Shown: in pieces, positions 39,419 to 50,896 of the stretch
Position numbering within the stretch: position 1 is the first letter of the stretch
Layout of the letters: each line of letters opens with the position of its first letter
Assembly: GCA_043228905.1 (NCBI GenBank)
Contig: JBHGNT010000031.1
Location: 248,001-312,000 of the forward strand
Origin: Azolla caroliniana
Lineage: Eukaryota > Plantae > Polypodiophyta
DNA: 64,000 bases
Direction: 5' to 3'
Program-made: the position numbers and the translations under genes
Notes under the pieces: generated by a model
Database searches by the model: none
Seen by the model: only the letters and a program-made list of their open reading frames with translations
Told to the model about the DNA's origin: nothing

Positions 39419-39850
39419 TCTGGAAGAGCTTACGAAGTTGGTGCACGACCTTTAGATTGCTCAATCTCGGAGGGATGGCGGAGGTCAATCATGCAACCGA
39501 CACCCGCCAACTGACCCTCGGTGCATGTGGTGCGACGACATCGACCACATACAGAGAGACTGCATCAACTTCACCAACACGCTAAAGAACAATGTGGTGT
39601 ACCTTTGGAACAGTCAAGTACACGCGAGCGACACGTGAAGGCCCCTCGAGATGAACACTGGACGAAGTGGCATGAAAAGACTGATGAAGGAAGTTGTAGC
39701 GCAACACGCAGAGATCGTTCACTACTCAGCAACGGCAAGGATCCGCATAGGGGGAGAGAAGGGCACCGGCTCCGGATTTTGGCCGGTGGTGCTTGAAAGA
39801 TTATCTAGAAAGAAGTTAAAGAAGGAGGGGTCACCGACAAGCAAGAGTGC
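39419..39850 (+). pseudogene. Gag-like relic, C-terminal half with zinc knuckle
   Basis: LEELTKLVHDL*..CMWCDDIDHIQRDC (CX2CX4HX4C)..NTGRSGMKRLM. Continues 23990-24705. Confidence 0.7.
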
Positions 39851-41114
39851 ATGAATGTTCTCTTTTAATTGAATTCACTTATCTATCAACCAAATTCATG
39901 CCATTAAAGCAAGAAAAAGAGAGGTTACTTGGGATGTACAACAACTAAGTGCCCAAAAGGTACAACAATATGATGATCGAAATGTGTTTTGTTCCTTGAA
40001 CCAACTATGATGTTATCTTTGTGCAACAAGATTCGAGTTTCCAAAGTCCCCTACAAGGAACCAAAGAGTTGATGGTACTTGATCTCATTTCCGAGTATTT
40101 GTTTCTAGATGCATCCCAATTAATATCCGAAGGATATAGCTAGACTTGGGTTGGTAGGAACACCACTATCAGATACAACACTTGTATGGTTTGTAGCATA
40201 AGGTAAAAAGAACGTTTCATTACTAGAGAAAAGGAGATCACCTTGCCTAAGCTTATGCAATAGATTTTTAACTCCTTGCATCTTAGACTCCTTGGGATGT
40301 AGAGGAATTAAGGGATCAATTCCAATGAAATGATGTGAAACGTAAAAATAAATAGTCCACACTGATTTAGAAGAAAAAATAACAAAGTACTAATGATACT
40401 GTTACGGGCATGACCATATAATATCCCGTGGTGAGAATTGTCGTAGTATTCTATACACGTGGATAAGTGTGAGGGTTAAACAAAGAGTCTAAAGAAGGGG
40501 AGGATTACTTTTAATCCTCGGGATTGAGACAACCCATGAGGCCAAGTGTGAACATGGCAGGGGGCCTTGAGAATTACTATAAATAAGAGGCCTAGCTACC
40601 CTTATTTCATCATGCATTGACTACGTCGAGACTCTGTCCGTGAGTGGAACGACTCTTGTAGCAAGCGCGCTATCATCCAGGTACGACTCGACGCCAAGGC
40701 GGTGGTATGGGACGCCGATCGAGGCTCGAGTCCGTCTCGATCCCTTCGCTCGGGGGTGGTCGGGTGGATCGGCACCCTTCTTTCTCTCTTTTCTCTCTAT
40801 TCTTTCTAGATCTATCATTGATATATCCTTATTTTATGCTTACTTTAGTACCTAATCTCTAATATTTGGTATCGGAGCCTATGTACTAACGTTTCTTTTG
40901 GTTTTCTTTTTGTCTTCGCGTGGGATGGCGATTGATCGTTGTGCGGTCGCCTTCATGCAGACAAGGATTAGCGAAAGAACTTCGGTAAATTTTCCTTAAT
41001 TTTTTATCTAATTTTTCTTCTCCCTTCTATACATGTGTATACTTAATATGTAGTTTTTTTTCATATATTCAATGATGTTGATGTGGTATTTAATTGGTTA
41101 TCTTAAACGTTTAC

Positions 41115-41375
41115 ATATGTCCACGAGGTCAATACCTCGTTTGACATATAAATCATATGTGATGAGTGTCGTATGCGTACGAGGTTACTACCTCAATTGC
41201 GTATTACGTTCACGAACATATGTTACGTTCGCGTACGAGGTCAATACCTCGATTCGTTCGAAATGATATGCGTTGGATTTACTATGCGTAAGAGGTCAAT
41301 ACCTCAATTGCGAATTACGCTTAACCTTATTTTCGGATGTTTCGTGTGCGTAGAGGTATATGCCTCGATTACGTA
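41115..41375 (+). repeat. Array of five GAGGT-N4-ACCTC hairpin units in the Gypsy-D leader
   Basis: GAGGT cores at 41125, 41181, 41237, 41292 and 41353. Confidence 0.85.
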
Positions 41376-42558
41376 TCCCGAATACATCATTGTTGGCTAT
41401 ATAAAAAAAACGATTCATTTAGTATACGCATATGTGGTCACTTATATACGTCTCTGATCGTATATATGTGATATATTGACATATGTGTATATTTTAGATT
41501 ACGTGATTCATATCAAATGTTTTCCTAATTGGGGAGAGGATTTTGGTGGCCGTCCTCACATTTTTGTGAGAATGGCGTTGTCACCATCCCTTTTATCAAC
41601 AATTTTTATTGTTGAAATTCCCGTTGGTCACTTTGATCTTTCGTTACGTAACGAACCTCGTATAGCCAAAATGATGTTGAATACGTCGGGCTTGATCCAC
41701 ATCAAGTAGGGTCGCTCTAATGACACACGTATCCAACATCTCCCCTCGTTACATGGATACGATGCCACCATGAGCTCGTTCTTACGAGTGGCATTCGTAA
41801 TGACGTGACCATGTGATGGGCCACATGAGCCTACGAAGACACAAGGGCTCATTCGGCTTGACCATTAGGTTACACTTTGGCATATGCCATTGTACTTACG
41901 AGGCTTGAGGGTAGGTAGCGTACCACCATAGTGGGTAATAAATGAGGGAGAAATAAGGCCACTTGACCTATATGTTTCTTTTAAAAAAAACATATAGGGG
42001 CAAATGCCTCGCATATCTCGAATACGCCTCAAACATTAAACATTCAAGACGCGCAATCTACTTTGTTGGCTCAAGTGTTTAATGTATTTGTCCTCGAGGT
42101 CTCGAGTTCAAATATGACCAACACCATACAACATCGTTGATACATATGACTATAATACATGTTTAGACTTTAGGTCTAAGTGCACTTCGGGGTCCTCGTA
42201 ATAGGACTTAAAGAGCCGAAACCACATATGTGGGCACAGAAACATAGTTATTGTTAACATTTTTTTCGTGTATAAACTATTCATGACGCGAACATACATG
42301 GTTGAGCCTCGGGGAGCCGCCATGAAAAAAATCGATATAGAGATCAGGTAAAGGCATTCATTTGTCACCCCCATGGTTTTTAAAACACCTCTGTGTTACC
42401 ATAGTAACCTGATCTTGAACCTCATCTCATACGTCTAGAGGGGTATTGACGTGAGATCATGATATCGATTAATGTTTGCCCATGATATGTTTACACCATG
42501 ACAAGATGTTATGACTATTTGTCTGACCTTATCTTATTTCTTTGCCAGAAATAATCAT

Positions 42559-44717
42559 TCAATGGCTCAGAATAACGACCCGATGCCCTCCGCTCAAGCG
42601 GAAAGACCTCAAGGAAATCCTCCAGGGACAATGTCCATTAAGGCGTATATTTTACAAGTACAACATTTCCTTAGTTCAACCGCGCAGCAGTTGACCGAAT
42701 TTCGGCAATCTCAAAGTGCTCTCGAGGCACGAGTCATTAGTCTCCAAAATGAGATTAATAGACCTGATGAGCGTCAGGGTGAACCATCATTTGTCGTAAA
42801 GCCATTTACGGGAGATAAAAAGGAAAGAACCGAAGAAGCAATCTGCACGTGGCTGGGCCGATGGGAGTCTCATTTTGAGCTCTATCCCACGCCAGATAGT
42901 ACGAAGATTGCATATGTCGGCCGAGAACTAGGGGGTAAGGCCGCCGCTTGGTGGCGTGGGCTCCGAACTTTGGGGAGATTGCCCGAGACTGGACAGACTT
43001 TGTCACAGTTTTCAAGGGTCAATTTCTACAACCTCCCTCTCGAACCGAGGCAGCACAAGCTTTAATGAACCTCTCTAGCAGGAAGTTTTCCTCGCTAGAA
43101 GACTATGTCCACCATGCTAGAACCCAAATCCAAAAAACGCGTCTAGAAGGGGACAATTGGTTAATAGCTTGTTTTGTCAATGGCATCCCCAATTCGGACT
43201 ATCACTGGATAGTGCACGATAAGGATCCAAAATCCTTCGAAGAGGCCGTTGAGATAGTTCTTCGCTATCAACGCACTTCGAAGAAGGACCATAACAAACC
43301 CAACGAAGCGCCCGGGACTAAGCAGTCGCAATTCGTTGGGAAACGCAAGACACCCAACGAATTCATGGATCGCGATTATAAGCGACAACATCCTTTTTGC
43401 GTATTCTGCAAAAAGAAGGGTCATACAAAAGAGCAATGTCGTAAGCTCCAACGAAAAGAGCACGACGCCAAACCTAAAGCTACAGACCATAAAGGTCAGA
43501 TTCCTAATGTCCTTCAGGTCTATACACATCATTTGAGTAATTGTCAATGTTCTTTCCCTCATTATGTATTGGGTCCCAATGATTTACTACGTGCAAACGG
43601 GTATATCAATGGATCTCCCGTACAATTTTTATTTGATTCGGGAAGCTCACACAATTTTGTGAATGATCGTTTGGTACAGATATGGGGAATCCAACCCACC
43701 GTAAGTGATCACACCTACACAGTGCACTTGGCTGATGGAAGAGTACAACACATCAACGGGGCGATTCATTCTTTAGGAATTTCTATTGATACCTATATAG
43801 AGGAAGTAGACTTCCATGTAATGAATCTTAGTACCACCGATGTAATACTGGGTTATCCCTGGTTTTATAATAAAAGCTCTTCTTTATTTATTGATTGGGT
43901 TCGCCATTCCATTTCTTTTGTACTCAACGATTGTACGCATTTTATTCAATGTGTAAAAAAACAATCCCTCTCGATTGTTTCCTCGTGTCCATCAATATCC
44001 AAGTTGTCTTGTTCTACGTTATTTTATTGTGTACTTGATCCGGACATTCACGTTTACAATATCGATAATGTCTCGGGTCAATTAACATATTTTGAACAAA
44101 AACAACTTGATGAAATCGTAAACGATTTTCGTGATGTTTTTCCGAGTGAACTACCCGATGGTTTACCTCCTAAACGTAATATAGACCATCGTATAGATAT
44201 TGTACCTGGCATTGCACCCATTAGTATACCTCCGTATCGCCTAAGTCGATCTGAAGAGGATGAGGTAGCTAAGCAACTTAAGGACTATTTACGAATGGGT
44301 TATATACGTTATAGTAAATCTCCATGGGGTGCACCAGTTCTCTTGGTTAAAAAGAAAGAGGGCACATGGCGTATGTGTATTAATTACCGACGCTTGAATA
44401 AAGTGACGATCAAGAATTCGTACCCATTGCCCCGGGCTGACGATCTAATTGACCGTCTCCAGGGAGCTCGGTATTTTACGAAACTTGATCTCCGTACTGG
44501 CTACCATCAAATACGAATAAGTGAGGACGATGTTCCTAAAACAGCATTTCGTACGCGCTACGGCCATTATGAGTTTTTGGTTATGCCTTTTGGTTTGACC
44601 AATGCTCCGGCTACATTTCAACAAGAAATGAATGACATTTTCCGAGAACAACTTGGAAAATTTGTCGTTATCTTCTTAGATGATATTTTAGTTTATAGCC
44701 GTACATTACGGGCATGA
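42559..44717 (+). pseudogene. gag-pol: Gypsy-D gag-protease-partial RT
   Basis: Frameshift near 42988 inside gag. [42 protein letters not shown]. No RNase H or integrase. Confidence 0.92.
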
Positions 44718-45858
44718 CCATATAATATCCCGTGGTGAGAATTGTCGTAGTATTCTATACACGTGGATAAGTGTGAGGGTTAAACAAAGAGTCTAAAGAA
44801 GGGGAGGATTACTTTTAATCCTCGGGATTGAGACAACCCATGAGGCCAAGTGTGAACATGGCAGGGGGCCTTGAGAATTACTATAAATAAGAGGCCTAGC
44901 TACCCTTATTTCATCATGCATTGACTACGTCGAGACTCTGTCCGTGAGTGGAACGACTCTTGTAGCAAGCGCGCTATCATCCAGGTACGACTCGACGCCA
45001 AGGCGGTGGTATGGGACGCCGATCGAGGCTCGAGTCCGTCTCGATCCCTTCGCTCGGGGGTGGTCGGGTGGATCGGCACCCTTCTTTCTCTCTTTTCTCT
45101 CTATTCTTTCTAGATCTATCATTGATATATCCTTATTTTATGCTTACTTTAGTACCTAATCTCTAATAGATACCATGATCTCAATTCCCCAATTAAATCT
45201 AGTCATCCTTTTAGCCCTGGTAGCAATACACCATTTGATCATTTTGAAGTCATGTGCCAATTATACAATTTATTAAACGTGTGAGTCCAACCAAAATCAA
45301 TGCCATTTGGTTGGACAATCTAGATTACATTAAGCTTGCCTCTATTATTGGTTCCATTTCATCGAATTAAGTTAGCAAAGTTTTTTTGATATGAGTCGCA
45401 TAGTATATTTGGGCAGTGGTCAAGCCCTTGGTTTCGCTCTCCTAGATTGTTGTGTGGAATGCGATTATTTGTGTTTCCTTTGAATCCAACTTGGTCATCA
45501 TGTTGTTTTTCTCTTGGAACAATATATCGGTCCTATATTGCCAAACAACCACCTTAATTTCTAACACTTAAGCACCACAATGACATTATAAATTGGGAGA
45601 TAAATATAAAGAAGTTGAAGTGTAGAGTCAAAAGCATACATTTGTTCTCAAAATATCGAGAATCTTTTTATTGGAATTCTTTTTAGTATGGGTTTCCATG
45701 ATCCCTTCAAAGGTGTCTATTTTAATGTCATGCATATCAATGGTGTACAATGACCAAGATGCATATATTTCAATACAATTTCCTTCTCAATTTGAGAAAG
45801 GGACTAAAAGGATATGTCTAAATGAAGTATTGAATGTTGAATTTAAATCCCACACAGT

Positions 45859-48273
45859 TCATGTAGCTATGCATGTTGGGTTGCATGGATATGCACAATC
45901 AATCTCTTGAACCAAGTTTCCTTCGAAGTACCAAGAAAGGAATGCTTGTGCAATATTCTACGAAGCACAAAGCAAAGCAAACAACTTTTGTCACAAGTGT
46001 TGGTGAACATCTAGCACTTCACAATATTCATTAGGCATCCAAAGCAACATTTTAGGACAATCTTTTTGGGCATATGATTAAATATCGCTATACAATGGAT
46101 ACATGATTAAATGAGCAAAAATTCAATAACTTGTAAGTCTCCTCATCACTTGATTAAAGGACAATCTAGTGTCCTCATCATTTGATTGGATGGTGTATCC
46201 AAATTTTAAAACATTTTTATTTTTATTTTTTTCCAAAAAAAACACTACTTTGCATTAGTTAGCAAATTTTGATTGGATGGTATATCCAAATTTTAAAACA
46301 ATTTTTATTCACTAAGCATTGATATTTTCATGGATGCATGTGTGGACACATCTATGTGAGTAAAACTAAATGCGATCGTACCACTTGATGCTACGTAAAC
46401 GACTACAATAAATGCATGTAGAATTAAAAACTGCATACCGTTCCATTAATTTGTGTTAGACCATTCCAAAGGTTTCCGTCAATAGCTTGTGTGTGATAAT
46501 AACATGATACTATATACATCCCCCAACTTTTGGATCCTATCAATGGTTGAAGAGCTGATAACATTTTCCCCCGCAATTGATCTAAAGTCAAAGAAAAAAT
46601 TGTAGTTGAAGAAATGTGCCTGCCATTAGCAAGCATTAAAACATTTAACCATAATTAACTCCATCTAGAATTAATGAAGCTTGGATTGTTTAAAACACAT
46701 CTATAAATCTCAATGAACAATGTTCATAATGCCCATGGATAAATGGGATCATTTAACAAGTTCTTTAGAATGACAAATAAATTTTTGAATGAGACACCTT
46801 GTCACACAATGATAACACAAGTTTTCACATCATTCCAACACATAATTATTGTAGCCAATATTACTTGTTGACCTTCGATAATGGATAATTGATCAGTAGA
46901 ACATGACGATAACGCTTGTCTACATGAATCCCATGATCCATTTATGTATGACCCTGGTGGTGCTAGAATGTATTGCACCTTATTGAAAGAGAAATAAATT
47001 TTAGAGATTGGATCCAACCTCATAAAATTGACATGTAATGCTTCAAAATTTACCTGAAATGTGTCGTATGGTGATTGCACAAAGAAGAAGGGAATGTTAA
47101 CAAATCCAAGGTTGTTATGAGGAAAGAGGCACTATTGGCAAACAAGTCATTGAACGTTAGGAGAAATAATGTAAAGGTTACAATGTTAGACTTGAAATCA
47201 AAGGTTATATCATTAGATATGATCACCTCACCAAGCGACTTTTGTGAAGTACATTCGCTTGGAAGGGATATGTTCTACAACTCATATAATGAAAAGATAA
47301 TAGTAAAATCTCAAGTCAAATAGAAACAATCCACGTGTAGTGAAACTATAAGAGGAAAATAGGTTAGTCTTTTACTTACATGTAATTGCACAACACTTTG
47401 AAAGAATTCTCTAAATGAGTATACTCCTCCTATGTTCGGACTGAATTTTCACACAATAAGTTTGACATTTTCATGACAATAAAAAAGGTACACACACTAC
47501 ATAATACAATGTTTTTTTGTACATAGAGAACATGTAGAAAGCTCTCACAAATATAAATATGTGTGAGAATTCAAATTTTCGTGACTATTATAATTCACAT
47601 GGTACACGGGTAGGTAAGATCAATAAGAGTTCCAAAGGCTCTAAGTTTACATGTCCATGAAGAAACTGCCATCTGAAAGGCATCTCACATCTGTGGTTGG
47701 TGATAATTTACCACGGAATCTATTGCATAGGAAAAATGTTGCTAAACCCCCTGCTGAACCTCCTGACAATATTGCCTTTACACCAACATGACAAAGGTCA
47801 TACGGTTAACTAAAAGATAAATCATGGCACTCTATTTATGTTTAGTTATTCATTGACAATGTCAAAACTTATTCATCAAATATATTTAATTCATATACCT
47901 TTTGTGCCATTCCCAAGCCTTTGCTTAATAGATCATCGATTATAGACTCCCAAACTATTTGTCCACGGAAGTAAAGTGTGGTTATCTATATGAATGAGCA
48001 TAACATGTCTATGATGTATATATTTGTTGGCACCATGAAATATATTTAATGGTATAAAGTTGGTAAAACATGACAAAAAAAAAGATTTGATAATCCCAAT
48101 TAGATACTTGTGTTACGTGTACATGATTTTCTAAAATAGTTGAATTTTCAAACTACAGCAATTCAGCTAGGCTAATTCATCAAGAAGTTGTCATACAAGT
48201 CCCATGTATCCTAAACATCAAGCGTGATGAGGACAATTATTTATTGGAAATGTATGATGGGTATGGTTACTAG

Positions 48274-48318
<45 letters not shown>

Positions 48319-50391
48319 GCATATGTAGGGGATATGCAAAAGAAATGTGAGTGCACTTTGTCCTTTCATAACTTGTTTTATGATCATTAAATTAGGTTGG
48401 TGTCAAGTTGGATATTAGATGTGCAATGATAGTCTAACGTCCAAATGCACGAGTGGTCCTTAGTTCTCTAAGGTGTTAGTGGTCCTTGGTTCTTCTTGGA
48501 GTATCCTTTTTATATTCCCACCTGACTGTTGGAGTCATTGACTTGGATGCCAGATGCGACATTTCCTTGGAAGGATCCACCATCACAGTACCTTACATAC
48601 ACGCGATTCCAGTTGTAAAAAACTGAGACATATCAAGTATTTGAGAGTTAGAAAAGGACATCAAACACTAAAATTTTGAAACCTTTTTTTTAAAAGAAGA
48701 TATCTTGTCATTAGTGTAAACATTTTACAAGATTTTTAAATCTTTGTGATCGGTGGGGGAAACAATCATTTTAGAGGCTGAAAATGCCAATAAAGAGTGC
48801 CGTAATTGGATGTCATGAATGGAGTAGTTGTCCTGACAATAAGAAATTCATGTCGTTGAGAGATTTTTGCATCAGAATCTCCAACTATACCATCCCATTG
48901 ACCCTTCAAAGTATGAACTATATCAAACATTTCAAAGTCCCATGCAAGTTGTTTACAATTATTCTTGCAAATTTTGAAATTTATCGAGGCTTCTAATATT
49001 AGATTAAACAAAGGATTCTAATATATATTTAGAAAAGGACATCAAACATTAGAATCCATGTTGAGTAAATTTGCTTGTAAATTATTAACCTAATGAAGAA
49101 CAAAAGTCATATCCTCAACATTCTCCTTAGTAATTAGCAAATTAAGCATGTCGCTTATTAGGACATGTTTGCTATGTAAAACATTGATATAACCACACAT
49201 AATTTTGTTTACATAAAGGTAATATGATGCCCTTAGTCCTTGATTAACTTCCACATGGAACCAAATTAGATGTGATACGAAAAGAGCTGCCAAGCACAAT
49301 GTTTGGGTCTATTTTTGTAAATTTGCCTAAAATTCTTCTTCAGCCCAACCAAGTTCCTTTTTGTGTTTGGGCATGAACCGCGAGATTATACATATTATGA
49401 AGCCAATGATATATATTGGTGGTTGAATCGGAAAACTTACATACATATATCACCAACACTACACCTGGTTTAACTAGATTAGTGGACCCAAACTTACTAC
49501 TCATCACATAAACGTAAGGCAACATATATACGTTCCAATCACACATTGTGCTGGTTAATATGATCAAGGAAAGCTTACCGTGCCGCATAAGCCAAATGGG
49601 GTGATGGCTTAAACCCCGAGCAACATATACACATTACAAGCTTTTTAACCCGAAAAGCATATATTGCCTCATGAGACCTGGACAAGGGGTACCCGACACT
49701 TAACCATAACTCTTAAACCTCCCCTAGGGACATGATGCAAAGTTTTACCCCCAAGTCCAAGTGACATATAGCTCCTAGGTAGGGACCTAGGTTCTCAAAC
49801 TTAACCAACACTTGGAAGTACCTGGGTTCTGGCCGGGCTGATTGCTTAGAAACCCGCCAAGATCGTAGGGAGCCATACGATCCGAAGAGCCCAAATCGGT
49901 TCGGCTCCTCTCCAAGCAATCCAATGGGGTGTTGCACCATCCTCCACCCTAGCATATGATGCCACCACATGTATTTAAAGAAAGAACCATGGAAAAAACA
50001 TGTGGGATTTCAATGGATTGAGTGAAGGATCCATTGATTATGGCAACATGAGCCTGAAGATTAAAAACAGTGAGGAATTTACTTGTAGGTAGACAATCCA
50101 ATTGTCGGATCCGTGGCCGCTGCCTCCGTCTAGACTGTATGCGGGCGGGCTTCCATCCAAGCAAACTAAATTTGTACAAATGTCAGCTGATTTCATACAA
50201 ATCAATCAACAAAATGGATTATGATTGATGGGTTAATTGTCTATATTACATTCACCTGCGCCTTGTTGGGCGGTGGCAGAGGAGGGAGGATGGAGGAGGA
50301 TGAGCTGAGGGGGAGCTGCAGCTGCGGCCACTGCAATAAGTAGGATCATTGATGCATTGGTAAGGATTGATTTCTGATCATGGATACACAT
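45859..50391 (-). CDS. PAE: Pectin acetylesterase (PAE/Notum family), 12 exons, 397 aa
   Basis: GT-AG exons 50391-50256, 50165-50083, 49948-49822, 48622-48522, 47985-47899, 47775-47651, 47440-47380, 47274-47227, 47131-47054, 46978-46873, 46581-46439 and 45957-45859 splice in frame (1194 nt). Motifs [70 protein letters not shown]. Hydrophobic N-terminus. Confidence 0.95.
48277..48317. repeat. (TATG)n microsatellite in PAE intron 4
   Basis: Read directly. Confidence 0.9.
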
Positions 50392-50436
50392 GATCAATCA
50401 AAATTTTGTGTGTTCTGCCTTGGTTTGCTAGATCAT

Positions 50437-50465
50437 AGAGAGAGAGAGAGAGAGAGAGAGAGAGC
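50437..50465. repeat. (GA)n/(CT)n tract just upstream of the PAE start codon
   Basis: Read directly; typical of plant 5' UTRs. Confidence 0.85.
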
Positions 50466-50542
50466 AAACTAGATGCCCATCAGTATAATGTGTTAGTTAT
50501 ATAAGCAAGTAGTTACACAATACTTACTACCCCATTATGTAA

Positions 50543-50794
50543 TGTATGTATGCATTCATGTATGTATGTATGTATGTATGTATGTATGTATGTATGTATG
50601 TATGTATGTATGTATGTATGTATGTATGTATGTATGTATGTATGTATGTATGTACGTATGTATGCATTCATGTATGTATGTATGTATGCATTCATGTATG
50701 TATGTATGTATGCATTCATGTATGTATGTATGTATGTATGTATGTATGTATGTATGTATGTATGTATGTATGTATGTATGTGTGTATGTATGTA

Positions 50795-50825
<31 letters not shown>

Positions 50826-50896
50826 ATGTATGTATGTATGTATGTATGTATGTATGTATGTATGTATGTATGTATGTATGTATGTATGTATGTATG
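50543..50896. repeat. ~350-bp (TATG)n microsatellite in the PAE promoter region
   Basis: Read directly; explains the spurious YVCM/HTYI ORFs. Confidence 0.97.

Larger units (their letters stand above)
40400..45168 (+). mobile_element. Very young, internally deleted Ty3/gypsy (Gypsy-D)
   Basis: LTRs 40400-40864 and 44706-45168 look identical. TSD GATAC (40395-40399, 45169-45173), PBS TGGTATCGGAGCC at 40867. RT stops just after FLDD and runs straight into the 3' LTR. Confidence 0.96.

Noticed and set aside
41115-41375. CRISPR array
   Set aside because: Eukaryotic retrotransposon leader, no cas genes, degenerate repeats and partly related linkers.
42948-43065. Programmed gag-pol frameshift
   Set aside because: The shift falls inside the gag capsid region with no slippery heptamer, so a 1-bp deletion is more likely.
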